From Eledone cirrhosa (taxonomy: Eukaryota), in the NCBI GenBank assembly GCA_964016885.1, contig OZ024750.1, forward strand, positions 34,720,001-34,784,000: a stretch of 64,000 bases of DNA, in the 5' to 3' direction. The notes below the pieces were generated by a model. It searched no databases, had not been told where the DNA came from, and was given only the letters and a program-made list of their open reading frames with translations. Position numbers and translations under genes: made by a program. Shown piece after piece: positions 1 through 13,700 of the stretch (position 1 is its first letter; each line of letters opens with the position of its first letter).

Positions 1-320
1 ATGTCTTGCTCATACAGAAAACTGGCTTCGTTTCTACAGCTGGATGCCCTTCATAATACCAACCATATCTATGGTTGGTGGTGCTATTAAGTTAGACATG
101 GCCTGGGCCAATACTGGCTGAAACCTATCAAAGTTATGGTACAGACTGGGCACTTTTGTTGTAGCACTAACACAATCCCTTTACAGTGCAGATTGAGCAC
201 TTTTGTTGTGGCACAAAGATGACTCCTTTACAGACTTTACAGTGTGGACTGGGTACTATTTGTCCTGTCACCAACACAACCACTTTACAATGTGGACTGG
301 GTATTTTTTATCATGGCGTC
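1..320 (-). mobile_element. Diverged SINE 3' portion (family B-type tail) with ~48-bp internal modules
   Basis: TTTCTACAGCTGGATGCCCTT and CTTTACAGTGTGGACTGGG match the reverse complement of family B copies elsewhere in the window. Confidence 0.65.
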
Positions 321-1179
321 ACTTCTGATATATTTATTAAAATTGGGATGAATTACTGTAAAATATTTATGGAATCAATAATGTTGAAAATGAAGATCAA
401 GATATTTTAAAACTCTCATTTTCCTGATCTCTGAAAATACCTCCAATGTTTACCATAGAATTATGTTATCTTGTCTCAGTCATGGTTATATCATTCAGTC
501 TGGCAGAAGATGGTTATTAAACAGTGTAACAGAATTATTCTAGAAGCATTTAATAATCAATGTCTGCTCTTAGACTGATGAAAAAAAAAGTTTTTAATCA
601 AAATATTGGTTTTTCGTTATATTATTCTCATCTTCCTATTTTGTTCTCCTAAGCTCAGCAGGTAGATAAATATTGCTTGATTAAAACCTACAGCTTGGCT
701 TTGATATATCAATGACATCATAGTTCTTTGATCAGATAAATTGTCTACACAACTCTATGTAATTCCTTTGTGAAGATAGACAAAAAATAATATTGAACTA
801 CCATTTGATGCATCACTCACTCTATATTTGTGGCTACCAAAGTATTTTTGTATCAAATGCCTACGGGGTTTTGGTATCCAGTGGCTGGTTTAATACCTTA
901 CAGGCCTAACTTTCTGCTTAAATCACAAATCTCTCTATTTAAACAGAATCAAATAATTTATCAGCTATCTATAAAATATGCTCTAAATATGTTGTCTGGC
1001 TGTCTGGTTTATCATCATCTAATGTCCACATTCCCAGCTAGCAAGAGTTGAGCAGGTCTACATTGACCAAGTCATTACTGAAGCAAGGCTATTGACCTCC
1101 CAGAATGGCCGTTGGGAGGGGATCAGCATCCTGCTTCCCTATGGTCATACATTTTATAGAATGCAGAAGGGTTGTCATC

Positions 1180-1560
1180 GTGTTTTTTGACACAGACTGA
1201 AGGGTCCTCACAAACCTCTTGTTTGGCAAGCTCTGTACAGTTAGATGCCCCTATCTGGCGAGGAGTCATGGTGTAGAGATAGGTAAGGAGTAAAGGGGGA
1301 ATGAACAAGGGGTAGTGAGAGTAGCTATGAGAGTGCAATGGTGAGGATATCTAAGGGGGTGAGGGGAGTAGTTAATGAGTGGTGTCTTTTGACACAAACT
1401 GAAGGGTCCTCCCAAACCCTTGTTTGGCAAGTTTTCCACCACTGGAGAAGGGGCATGTTGGGTGCTAAGGAGTGGTAGTGTGTGAGGGGAATGAACAAGG
1501 GGTAGAGTGGGTAACTACTAGAGTGCAATGGTGAGAATATTTAAGAGGGGGAGGATAGTA
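1180..1560. repeat. Diverged ~190-bp tandem duplication
   Basis: GACACA.ACTGAAGGGTCCTC...TTGTTTGGCAAG...GAATGAACAAGGGGTAG...GAGTGCAATGGTGAG occurs twice; partly similar in reverse to repeats at 20.1 and 21.9 kb. Confidence 0.65.
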
Positions 1561-1565
1561 ATTAA

Positions 1566-1764
1566 CCCTTTAGCATTTAGACTGACCAGAATTCTCTCAC
1601 CTCTTTCTGTTCAAACTGGCCATAACCAACCACTCATACTTATGTTAAGGTATTGTTTTTAAAATAAATAATATTATTTGATATTTTGTGAAATAATTAT
1701 GTGAGGTAAAGCCTTTACCATGTAAATACAATAATAAATATAGAGTAATATAAATGGTAAAGGG
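1566..1764 (+). mobile_element. piggyBac-type MITE (~200 bp)
   Basis: TTAA|CCCTTTAGCATTTA ... TAAATGGTAAAGGG|TTAA: terminal inverted repeats and TTAA target duplication. Confidence 0.85.
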
Positions 1765-2089
1765 TTAAGGAGTAGTTTTGTAGAGGGGATTAAAAAACAA
1801 AACAAAAAACAAAAGCCTTAAAATATGTCCCTGAGAAGCATAGCTAATCAATTTGAGGGGAGTAACATCTGTTGAGAGAGGTTGAACTGTTAATAACCTG
1901 ATCAATACACGACTACGGCTCAAGTTGAGAGAAGTAAAGAGAAATGTGTTGATTAAAATACAGACCCTATTGAATTTTATGGAAATACATCTAAAAAGGT
2001 GGAAAATTGTTAAATTAAGAAACAAACAAGAAAAACACAAACACATACAGTTTAAAAAATTTACATTAAAATAGAAGTATAAATAACAA

Positions 2090-2325
2090 ACATACATACA
2101 TATACACTCACACATACACTCATGCATACACACACATACATACACATAATCACACATTCATACACACACATATAAACAAACACACACACATACATGCACA
2201 CAAACACACACACACATAAACATATATACACATACATAAACACACACACACACATAAACATACATACACATACATAAACACACACACACATGCATAAACA
2301 CACACACACAAACACACACACACAC
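2090..2325. repeat. (CA)n/(TA)n compound microsatellite
   Basis: Direct inspection. Confidence 0.9.
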
Positions 2326-2417
2326 AGATGTTTATATATGCAAGTCTATTTATAAGGCATGAATGGTAAATGAAAAAAAACAAACTATTTATGTTAATAT
2401 TCAGAATTTTATTTTAA

Positions 2418-2619
2418 CCCTTTAGCCTTTACATTACTTTATATTTACTATTCTAGTTTTATCTTTACTTCACATGATTATCTCACACAATATCGAATCT
2501 ATGAGATTTCAATATTATTTATTTTGAGGCAATACTTTAACATCAGTATGAGTGGCTGGTTACAGCCAGTTGGAACAGAAAGGGATGAGAGAATTCTGGT
2601 CGGTTTAAATGCTAATGGG
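2418..2619 (-). mobile_element. piggyBac-type MITE, same family, opposite orientation
   Basis: TTAA|CCCTTTAGCCTTTA ... TAAATGCTAATGGG|TTAA; interior is the reverse complement of 1566-1764. Confidence 0.85.
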
Positions 2620-2909
2620 TTAAGAAAAGTTTCTACATTTCTAGTTAGTGTAGACAAGGAAATTGGTAGCTTGAGAAATGACAAACGAGTTTTTAAGAAA
2701 CAAAATATTCCTGAACTTGCTGTATGACCACAAAAACACTCCAACTTGCAGGGTGACCACAAAAACACTCCAAGCTTGATTATTGCATCAATGTTTGTTG
2801 AGCAACAAAAGTGGCACATATTGAGTGACTAAGATATCAACCAATACCACATGAAACTTTGTTAGTTTATGCAACTGTAACCACCAATATTGTAAGCATA
2901 TTCGTTTAA

Positions 2910-3616
2910 CCCTTTAATGTTCAAACCGGCCAAAACTGGCCAGAATTCTCTACCTTTTTCTGTTGAAACTGGCTGTAACTGGTCACTCAAACTGATGTTA
3001 AGATATTGTTCTCAAAATAAATACTTTCAAAATCTCATAGATACGATAATGTGAGATAATTATGTGAGGTAAAGCCTTTACCATGAAAATATAATAGTAT
3101 ATATAGAGTAATGTGAATGTTATGTGAGATAATTATGTGAGGTAAAGCTTTTACCATGAAAATATAATCGTATATATAGAGTAATGTGAATGTTATGTGA
3201 GATATTATGTGAGGTAAAGCTTTTACCATGAAAATATAATAGTATATATAGAGTAATGTGAATGTTATGTAAGATATTATGTGAGGTAAAGCTTTTACCA
3301 TGAAAATATAATAGTATATATAGAGTAATGTGAATGTTATGTGAGATATAATTGTTTCTACTTTTGACACAAGGCCAGCAATTACCCAGTACATTACTGG
3401 TACTTTATTTTATCGACCCCGTAAGGATGAAAGGCAAAGTTAACCTTGGCGGAATTTGAACTCAGATCATAAAGAGACGTAACTCTATGCTTCAAAGCAT
3501 GGCGTCCGACTCTCTACGAATACTGCCAATCCGCCGTTATGTGAGATATAATGTGAGGTAAAGCATTTACCATGAAAATATAATAGTATATATAGAATAA
3601 TGTGAATGTTAAAGGG
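2910..3616 (+). mobile_element. piggyBac-type MITE with internal ~72-bp tandem expansion and nested SINE
   Basis: TTAA|CCCTTTAATGTTCA ... TGAATGTTAAAGGG|TTAA; unit ATGTGAGGTAAAGC..TTACCATGAAAATATAAT...GTGAATGTT repeated about 5 times. Confidence 0.85.
3353..3535 (-). mobile_element. tRNA-derived SINE family A (Meta/MESC-like core), full length
   Basis: On the minus strand: head GGCGGATTGGCAGTAT, B box GAGTTCAAATTCC, core CTTTGCCTTTCATCCTTACGGGGTCGATAAAATAAAGTACCAG; flanked by direct repeat GTTATGTGAGATATAAT (3336-3352, 3536-3552). Confidence 0.85.
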
Positions 3617-3818
3617 TTAAGTTTTCATATTATAAGTATTTAAAATCAAGGAATATTTTTGTGGTCACCGTGTATGTCAATTTTTGATTTTTAATATTTA
3701 CGATAATATTATACATGTAAAATAAAGACTCTTTTTATTAATCCTTCCTCTAAAGCTTCCAAGTGGTAATGTGTCAACGGGTTGCCATAACTTTTCTATA
3801 AATAATTTTGTGTATCAG

Positions 3819-3907
3819 AAGAGAAGAAGAAGAAGAAGAAGAGATTCAATGTCTTCTTTGATGATAAGAAGAAATGGATTCTTCTTATTGTTCCACTGAT
3901 TGATAAA
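3819..3907 (+). CDS. Candidate internal exon of an unidentified host gene (EKKKKKKRFNVFFDDKKKWILLIVPLIDK)
   Basis: ttttgtgtatcag acceptor, gtaagc donor, one open frame; no homology recognised. Confidence 0.3.
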
Positions 3908-4174
3908 GTAAGCTTGTTTATATTGTTTATATTGATATGTCCTTCTCTTCTTCTGCCTCTTCTTATCCTCCTTCTCTGCCTCCTTTTATCCTCCTCCCCC
4001 TCAGCCTCTTCTTATCCTCCCCCTCCGCCTCCTCTTATCCCCCCCCCCTCCCCTTGATGGATGTATTATGTAGTGTAGCTAGTGAAAGGTAAGAAACCTT
4101 TCTGTCTGGTGGCTTTCTTAAATGGAGGAGATTGTTAATACACCATATTTTATGTTACAGCCCTTCTGATTCTT

Positions 4175-4545
4175 TCATCATCACCATCATCATCATCGTC
4201 ATCATCATTATTGTCATCATTATCATCATCGTCGTAATCATTATTGTCATCATCATCATCGTCATAATCATTATTGTCATCATCATCATCGTCATAATCA
4301 TTATTGTCATCATCATCATCATCATAATCATTATTGTCATCATCATCATCATAATCATTATTGTCATCATCATCATCATCATCATAATCATTATTGTCAT
4401 CATCATCATCATCATAATCATTATTGTCATCATCATCATCATCGTCATCATTATTGTCATCATCATCATCGCCATAATCATTATTGTCATCATCATCATC
4501 ATCGGCATAATCATTATTGTCATCATCATCATCATCATCATCACC
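4175..4545. repeat. (ATC)n-based compound microsatellite, expanded SINE 3' tail
   Basis: ATC/ATT/GTC triplets with a ~30-bp period; directly abuts a SINE 3' end. Confidence 0.9.
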
Positions 4546-4740
4546 ATTTAATGTCCATTTTTCCAAGCTAGCATGGATTAGACAAGTTGACTTCATTGTT
4601 ATATTGATATTTAATACACCTAGCATGGGTTAGACAAGTTGTTCCATTATGAGTGAGACAAGCCCGATCAGGGGACCATGTCTTGCTCATACAGATCTGT
4701 TTCTGGCTTGGTTTCTATGTCTGGGTGTCCTTAAAGCCAA
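4546..4740 (-). mobile_element. SINE 3' end (family B-type tail) leading into the 48-bp satellite
   Basis: TTTAATGTCCATTTTTCCAAGCTAGCATGG...ACCATGTCTTGCTCATACAG...GCCAACCAC is collinear with the reverse complement of 42260-42595 and 45480-45650. Confidence 0.8.
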
Positions 4741-7700
4741 CCACGTTTACAGTGTGGACTGAGTGCTTTTTGTTGTGTCACCTACATGACCACTTTACAG
4801 TGTGGACTGAGTGCTTTTTGTTGTGTCACCTCCATGACCACTTTACAGTGTGGACTGAGTGCTTTTTGTTGTGTCACCTACATGACCACGTTTACAGTGT
4901 GGACTGAGTGCTTTTTGTTGTGTCACCTACATGACCACGTTTACAGTGTGGACTGAGTGCTTTTTGTTGTGTCACCTCCATGACCACTTTACAGTGTGGA
5001 CTGAGTGCTTTTTGTTGTGTCACCTACATGACCACGTTTACAGTGTGGACTGAGTGCTTTTTGTTGTGTCACCTACATGACCACGTTTACAGTGTGGACT
5101 GAGTGCTTTTTGTTGTGTCACCTCCATGACCACTTTACAGTGTGGACTGAGTGCTTTTTGTTGTGTCACCTACATGACCACGTTTACAGTGTGGACTGAG
5201 TGCTTTTTGTTGTGTCACCTACATGACCACTTTACAGTGTGGACTGAGTGCTTTTTGTTGTGTCACCTACATGACCACTTTACAGTGTGGACAGTGCTTT
5301 TTGTTGTGTCACCTACATGACCACTTTACAGTGTGGACTGAGTGCTTTTTGTTGTGTCACCTACATGACCACGTTTACAGTGTGGACTGAGTGCTTTTTG
5401 TTGTGTCACCTACATGACCACTTTACAGTGTGGACAGTGCTTTTTGTTGTGTCACCTACATGACCACTTTACAGTGTGGACTGAGTGCTTTTTGTTGTGT
5501 CACCTACATGACCACTTTACAGTGTGGACTGAGTGCTTTTTGTTGTGTCACCTACATGACCACTTTACAGTGTGGACTGAGTGCTTTTTGTTGTGTCACC
5601 TACATGACCACTTTACAGTGTGGACTGAGTGCTTTTTGTTATGTCACCTACATGACCACTTTACAGTGTGGACTGAGTGCTTTTTGTTATGTCACCTACA
5701 TGACCACTTTACAGTGTGGACTGAGTGCTTTTTGTTGTGACACCTACATGACCACTTTACAGTGTGGACTGAGTGCTTTTTGTTGTGTCACCTACATGAC
5801 CACTTTACAGTGTGGACTGAGTGCTTTTTGTTGTGTCACCTACATGACCACTTTACAGTGTGGACTGAGTGCTTTTTGTTATGTCACCTACATGACCACG
5901 TTTACAGTGTGGACTGAGTGCTTTTTGTTGTGTCACCTACATGACCACTTTACAGTGTGGACTGAGTGCTTTTTGTTGTGTCACCTACATGACCACTTTA
6001 CAGTGTGGACTGAGTGCTTTTTGTTGTGTCACCTACATGACCACTTTACAGTGTGGACTGAGTGCTTTTTGTTGTGTCACCTACATGACCACTTTACAGT
6101 GTGGACTGAGTGCTTTTTGTTGTGTCACCTACATGACCACTTTACAGTGTGGACTGGGTGCTTTTTGTTGTGACTCCTACATGACCACTTTACAGTGTGG
6201 ACTGAGTGCTTTTTGTTGTGTCACCTACATGACCACTTTACAGTGTGGACTGGGTGCTTTTTGTTGTGTCACCTACATGACCACGTTTACAGTGTGGACT
6301 GAGTGCTTTTTGTTGTGTCACCTACATGACCACTTTACAGTGTGGACTGAGTGCTTTTTGTTGTGTCACCTACATGACCACTTTACAGTGTGGACTGAGT
6401 GCTTTTTGCTGTGACACCTACATGACCACTTTACAGTGTGGACTGAGTGCTTTTTGTTGTGTCACCTACATGACCACTTTACAGTGTGGACTGAGTGCTT
6501 TTTGTTGTGTCACCTACATGACCACTTTACAGTGTGGACTGAGTGCTTTTTGTTGTGTCACCTACATGACCACTTTACAGAGTGGACTGAGTGCTTTTTG
6601 TTGTGTCACCTACATGACCACTTTACAGTGTGGACTGAGTGCTTTTTGTTGTGTCACCTACATGACCACTTTACAGTGTGGACTGGGTGCTTTTTGTTGT
6701 GACTCCTACATGACCACTTTACAGTGTGGACTGAGTGCTTTTTGTTGTGTCACCTACATGACCACTTTACAGTGTGGACTGGGTGCTTTTTGTTGTGTCA
6801 CCTACATGACCACGTTTACAGTGTGGACTGAGTGCTTTTTGTTGTGTCACCTACATGACCACTTTACAGTGTGGACTGAGTGCTTTTTGTTGTGTCACCT
6901 ACATGACCACTTTACAGTGTGGACTGAGTGCTTTTTGTTGTGACACCTACATGACCACTTTACAGTGTGGACTGAGTGCTTTTTGTTGTGTCACCTATAT
7001 GACCACTTTACAGTGTGGACTGAGTGCTTTTTGTTGTGTCACCTACATGACCACGTTTACAGTGTGGACTGAGTGCTTTTTGTTGTGTCACCTACATGAC
7101 CACTTTACAGTGTGGACTGAGTGCTTTTTGTTGTCACCTACATGACCACTTTACAGTGTGGACTGAGTGCTTTTTGTTATGTCCCCTACATGACCACTTT
7201 ACAGTGTGGACTGAGTGCTTTTTGTTATGTCACCTACATGACCACTTTACAGTGTGGACTGAGTGCTTTTTGTTGTGACACCTACATGACTACTTTACAG
7301 TGTGGACTGAGTGCTTTTTGTTGTGTCACCTACATGACCACTTTACAGTGTGGACTGAGTGCTTTTTGTTGTGTCACCTACATGACCACTTTACAGTGTG
7401 GACTGAGTAATTTTTGTTATGTCACCTACATGACCACGTTTACAGTGTGGACTGAGTGCTTTTTGTTGTGTCACCTACATGACCACTTTACAGTGTGGAC
7501 TGAGTGCTTTTTGTTGTGACACCTACATGACCACTTTACAGTGTGGACTGCGTGCTTTTTGTTGTGACACCTACATGACCACTTTACAGTGTGGACTGAG
7601 TGCTTTTTGTTGTGTCACCTACATGACCACTTTACAGTGTGGACTGAGTGCTTTTTGTTGTGTCACCTACATGACCACTTTACAGTGTGGACTGAGTGCT

Positions 7701-10700
7701 TTTTGTTATGTCACCTACATGACCACGTTTACAGTGTGGACTGAGTGCTTTTTGTTGTGTCACCTACATGACCACTTTACAGTGTGGACTGAGTGCTTTT
7801 TGTTGTGACACCTACATGACCACTTTACAGTGTGGACTGAGTGCTTTTTGTTGTGTCACCTACATGACCACTTTACAGTGTGGACTGAGTGCTTTTTGTT
7901 GTGACACCTACATGACCACTTTACAGTGTGGACTGAGTGCTTTTTGTTGTGTCACCTACATGACCACTTTACAGTGTGGACTGAGTGCTTTTTGCTGTGA
8001 CACCTACATGACCACTTTACAGTGTGGACTGAGTGCTTTTTGTTGTGACACCTACATGACCACTTTACAGTGTGGACTGAGTGCTTTTTGTTGTGTCACC
8101 TACATGACCACTTTACAGTGTGGACTGAGTGCTTTTTGTTGTGTCACCTACATGACCACTTTACAGTGTGGACTGAGTGCTTTTTGTTGTGTCACCTACA
8201 TGACCACTTTACAGTGTGGACTGAGTGCTTTTTGTTGTGTCACCTACATGACCACTTTACAGTGTGGACTGAGTGCTTTTTGTTGTGTCACCTACATGAC
8301 CACTTTACAGTGTGGACTGGGTGCTTTTTGTTGTGACTCCTACATGACCACTTTACAGTGTGGACTGAGTGCTTTTTGTTGTGTCACCTACATGACCACT
8401 TTACAGTGTGGACTGGGTGCTTTTTGTTGTGTCACCTACATGACCCCGTTTACAGTGTGGACTGAGTGCTTTTTGTTGTGTCACCTACATGACCACTTTA
8501 CAGTGTGGACTGAGTGCTTTTTGTTGTGTCACCTACATGACCACTTTACAGTGTGGACTGAGTGCTTTTTGTTGTGTCACCTACATGACCACTTTACAGT
8601 GTGGACTGAGTGCTTTTTGTTATGTCACCTACATGACCACGTTTACAGTGTGGACTGAGTGCTTTTTGTTGTGTCACCTACATGACCACTTTACAGTGTG
8701 GACTGAGTGCTTTTTGTTGTGTCACCTACATGACCACTTTACAGTGTGGACTGAGTGCTTTTTGTTGTGTCACCTACATGACCACTTTACAGTGTGGACT
8801 GAGTGCTTTTTGTTGTGTCACCTACATGACCACTTTACAGTGTGGACTGAGTGCTTTTTGTTGTGTCACCTACATGACCACTTTACAGTGTGGACTGGGT
8901 GCTTTTTGTTGTGACTCCTACATGACCACTTTACAGTGTGGACTGAGTGCTTTTTGTTGTGTCACCTACATGACCACTTTACAGTGTGGACTGGGTGCTT
9001 TTTGTTGTGTCACCTACATGACCACGTTTACAGTGTGGACTGAGTGCTTTTTGTTGTGTCACCTACATGACCACTTTACAGTGTGGACTGAGTGCTTTTT
9101 GTTGTGTCACCTACATGACCACTTTACAGTGTGGACTGAGTGCTTTTTGCTGTGACACCTACATGACCACTTTACAGTGTAGACTGAGTGCTTTTTGTTG
9201 TGACACCTACATGACCACTTTACAGTGTGGACAGTGCTTTTTGTTGTGTCACCTACATCACCACTTTACAGTGTGGACTGAGTGCTTTTTGTTGTGTCAC
9301 CTACATGACCACTTTACAGTGTGGACTGAGTGCTTTTTGTTGTGTCACCTACATGACCACTTTACAGTGTGGACTGAGTGCTTTTTGTTGTGTCACCTAC
9401 ATGACCACTTTACAGAGTGGACTGAGTGCTTTTTGTTGTGTCACCTACATGACCACTTTACAGTGTGGACTGAGTGCTTTTTGTTGTGTCACCTACATGA
9501 CCACTTTACAGTGTGGACTGGGTGCTTTTTGTTGTGACTCCTACATGACCACTTTACAGTGTGGACTGAGTGCTTTTTGTTGTGTCACCTACATGACCAC
9601 TTTACAGTGTGGACTGGGTGCTTTTTGTTGTGTCACCTACATGACCACGTTTACAGTGTGGACTGAGTGCTTTTTGTTGTGTCACCTACATGACCACTTT
9701 ACAGTGTGGACTGAGTGCTTTTTGTTGTGTCACCTACATGACCACTTTACAGTGTGGACTGAGTGCTTTTTGTTGTGACACCTACATGACCACTTTACAG
9801 TGTGGACTGAGTGCTTTTTGTTGTGTCACCTATATGACCACTTTACAGTGTGGACTGAGTGCTTTTTGTTGTGTCACCTACATGACCACGTTTACAGTGT
9901 GGACTGAGTGCTTTTTGTTGTGTCACCTACATGACCACTTTACAGTGTGGACTGAGTGCTTTTTGTTGTCACCTACATGACCACTTTACAGTGTGGACTG
10001 AGTGCTTTTTGTTATGTCCCCTACATGACCACTTTACAGTGTGGACTGAGTGCTTTTTGTTATGTCACCTACATGACCACTTTACAGTGTGGACTGAGTG
10101 CTTTTTGTTGTGACACCTACATGACTACTTTACAGTGTGGACTGAGTGCTTTTTGTTGTGTCACCTACATGACCACTTTACAGTGTGGACTGAGTGCTTT
10201 TTGTTGTGTCACCTACATGACCACTTTACAGTGTGGACTGAGTAATTTTTGTTATGTCACCTACATGACCACGTTTACAGTGTGGACTGAGTGCTTTTTG
10301 TTGTGTCACCTACATGACCACTTTACAGTGTGGACTGAGTGCTTTTTGTTGTGACACCTACATGACCACTTTACAGTGTGGACTGCGTGCTTTTTGTTGT
10401 GACACCTACATGACCACTTTACAGTGTGGACTGAGTGCTTTTTGTTGTGTCACCTACATGACCACTTTACAGTGTGGACTGAGTGCTTTTTGTTGTGTCA
10501 CCTACATGACCACTTTACAGTGTGGACTGAGTGCTTTTTGTTGTGTCACCTACATGACCACTTTACAGTGTGGACTGAGTGCTTTTTGTTATGTCACCTA
10601 CATGACCACGTTTACAGTGTGGACTGAGTGCTTTTTGTTGTGTCACCTACATGACCACTTTACAGTGTGGACTGAGTGCTTTTTGTTGTGACACCTACAT

Positions 10701-13700
10701 GACCACTTTACAGTGTGGACTGAGTGCTTTTTGTTGTGTCACCTACATGACCACTTTACAGTGTGGACTGAGTGCTTTTTGTTGTGACACCTACATGACC
10801 ACTTTACAGTGTGGACTGAGTGCTTTTTGTTGTGTCACCTACATGACCACTTTACAGTGTGGACTGAGTGCTTTTTGCTGTGACACCTACATGACCACTT
10901 TACAGTGTGGACTGAGTGCTTTTTGTTGTGACACCTACATGACCACTTTACAGTGTGGACTGAGTGCTTTTTGTTGTGTCACCTACATGACCACTTTACA
11001 GTGTGGACTGAGTGCTTTTTGTTGTGTCACCTACATGACCACTTTACAGTGTGGACTGAGTGCTTTTTGTTGTGTCACCTACATGACCACTTTACAGTGT
11101 GGACTGAGTGCTTTTTGTTGTGTCACCTACATGACCACTTTACAGTGTGGACTGAGTGCTTTTTGTTGTGTCACCTACATGACCACTTTACAGTGTGGAC
11201 TGGGTGCTTTTTGTTGTGACTCCTACATGACCACTTTACAGTGTGGACTGAGTGCTTTTTGTTGTGTCACCTACATGACCACTTTACAGTGTGGACTGGG
11301 TGCTTTTTGTTGTGTCACCTACATGACCCCGTTTACAGTGTGGACTGAGTGCTTTTTGTTGTGTCACCTACATGACCACTTTACAGTGTGGACTGAGTGC
11401 TTTTTGTTGTGTCACCTACATGACCACTTTACAGTGTGGACTGAGTGCTTTTTGTTGTGTCACCTACATGACCACTTTACAGTGTGGACTGAGTGCTTTT
11501 TGTTATGTCACCTACATGACCACGTTTACAGTGTGGACTGAGTGCTTTTTGTTGTGTCACCTACATGACCACTTTACAGTGTGGACTGAGTGCTTTTTGT
11601 TGTGTCACCTACATGACCACTTTACAGTGTGGACTGAGTGCTTTTTGTTGTGTCACCTACATGACCACTTTACAGTGTGGACTGAGTGCTTTTTGTTGTG
11701 TCACCTACATGACCACTTTACAGTGTGGACTGAGTGCTTTTTGTTGTGTCACCTACATGACCACTTTACAGTGTGGACTGGGTGCTTTTTGTTGTGACTC
11801 CTACATGACCACTTTACAGTGTGGACTGAGTGCTTTTTGTTGTGTCACCTACATGACCACTTTACAGTGTGGACTGGGTGCTTTTTGTTGTGTCACCTAC
11901 ATGACCACGTTTACAGTGTGGACTGAGTGCTTTTTGTTGTGTCACCTACATGACCACTTTACAGTGTGGACTGAGTGCTTTTTGTTGTGTCACCTACATG
12001 ACCACTTTACAGTGTGGACTGAGTGCTTTTTGCTGTGACACCTACATGACCACTTTACAGTGTAGACTGAGTGCTTTTTGTTGTGACACCTACATGACCA
12101 CTTTACAGTGTGGACAGTGCTTTTTGTTGTGTCACCTACATCACCACTTTACAGTGTGGACTGAGTGCTTTTTGTTGTGTCACCTACATGACCACTTTAC
12201 AGTGTGGACTGAGTGCTTTTTGTTGTGTCACCTACATGACCACTTTACAGTGTGGACTGAGTGCTTTTTGTTGTGTCACCTACATGACCACTTTACAGTG
12301 TGGACTGAGTGCTTTTTGTTGTGTCACCTACATGACCACTTTACAGTGTGGACTGGGTGCTTTTTGTTGTGACTCCTACATGACCACTTTACAGTGTGGA
12401 CTGAGTGCTTTTTGTTGTGTCACCTACATGACCCCTTTACAGTGTGGACTGGGTGCTTTTTGTTGTGTCACCTACATGACCACGTTTACAGTGTGGACTG
12501 AGTGCTTTTTGTTGTGTCACCTACATGACCACTTTACAGTGTGGACTGAGTGCTTTTTGTTGTGTCACCTACATGACCACTTTACAGTGTGGACTGAGTG
12601 CTTTTTGTTGTGACACCTACATGACCACTTTACAGTGTGGACTGAGTGCTTTTTGTTGTGTCACCTACATGACCACTTTACAGTGTGGACTGAGTGCTTT
12701 TTGTTGTGTCACCTACATGACCACGTTTACAGTGTGGACTGAGTGCTTTTTGTTGTGTCACCTACATGACCACTTTACAGTGTGGACTGAGTGCTTTTTG
12801 TTGTGTCACCTACATGACCACTTTACAGTGTGGACTGAGTGCTTTTTGTTATGTCCCCTACATGACCACTTTACAGTGTGGACTGAGTGCTTTTTGTTAT
12901 GTCACCTACATGACCACTTTACAGTGTGGACTGAGTGCTTTTTGTTGTGACACCTACATGACTACTTTACAGTGTGGACTGAGTGCTTTTTGTTGTGTCA
13001 CCTACATGACCACTTTACAGTGTGGACTGAGTGCTTTTTGTTGTGTCACCTACATGACCACTTTACAGTGTGGACTGAGTGCTTTTTGTTATGTCACCTA
13101 CATGACCACGTTTACAGTGTGGACTGAGTGCTTTTTGTTGTGTCACCTACATGACCACTTTACAGTGTGGACTGAGTGCTTTTTGTTGTGACACCTACAT
13201 GACCACTTTACAGTGTGGACTGAGTGCTTTTTGTTGTGACACCTACATGACCACTTTACAGTGTGGACTGAGTGCTTTTTGTTGTGTCACCTACATGACC
13301 ACTTTACAGTGTGGACTGAGTGCTTTTTGTTGTGTCACCTACATGACCACTTTACAGTGTGGACTGAGTGCTTTTTGTTGTGTCACCTACATGACCACTT
13401 TACAGTGTGGACTGAGTGCTTTTTGTTATGTCACCTACATGACCACATTTACAGTGTGGACTGAGTGCTTTTTGTTGTGTCACCTACATGACCACTTTAC
13501 AGTGTGGACTGAGTGCTTTTTGTTGTGACACCTACATGACCACTTTACAGTGTGGACTGAGTGCTTTTTGTTGTGTCACCTACATGACCACTTTACAGTG
13601 TGGACTGAGTGCTTTTTGTTGTGACACCTACATGACCACTTTACAGTGTGGACTGAGTGCTTTTTGTTGTGTCACCTACATGACCACTTTACAGTGTGGA

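Noticed and set aside
652-666. Possible tiny exon (ag|CTCAGCAG|gtagat)
   Set aside because: Weak donor and too short to distinguish from chance
4132-4626. Poly-Asp acidic ORF (biomineralisation-like)
   Set aside because: It is the expanded (ATG)n tail of the adjacent SINE
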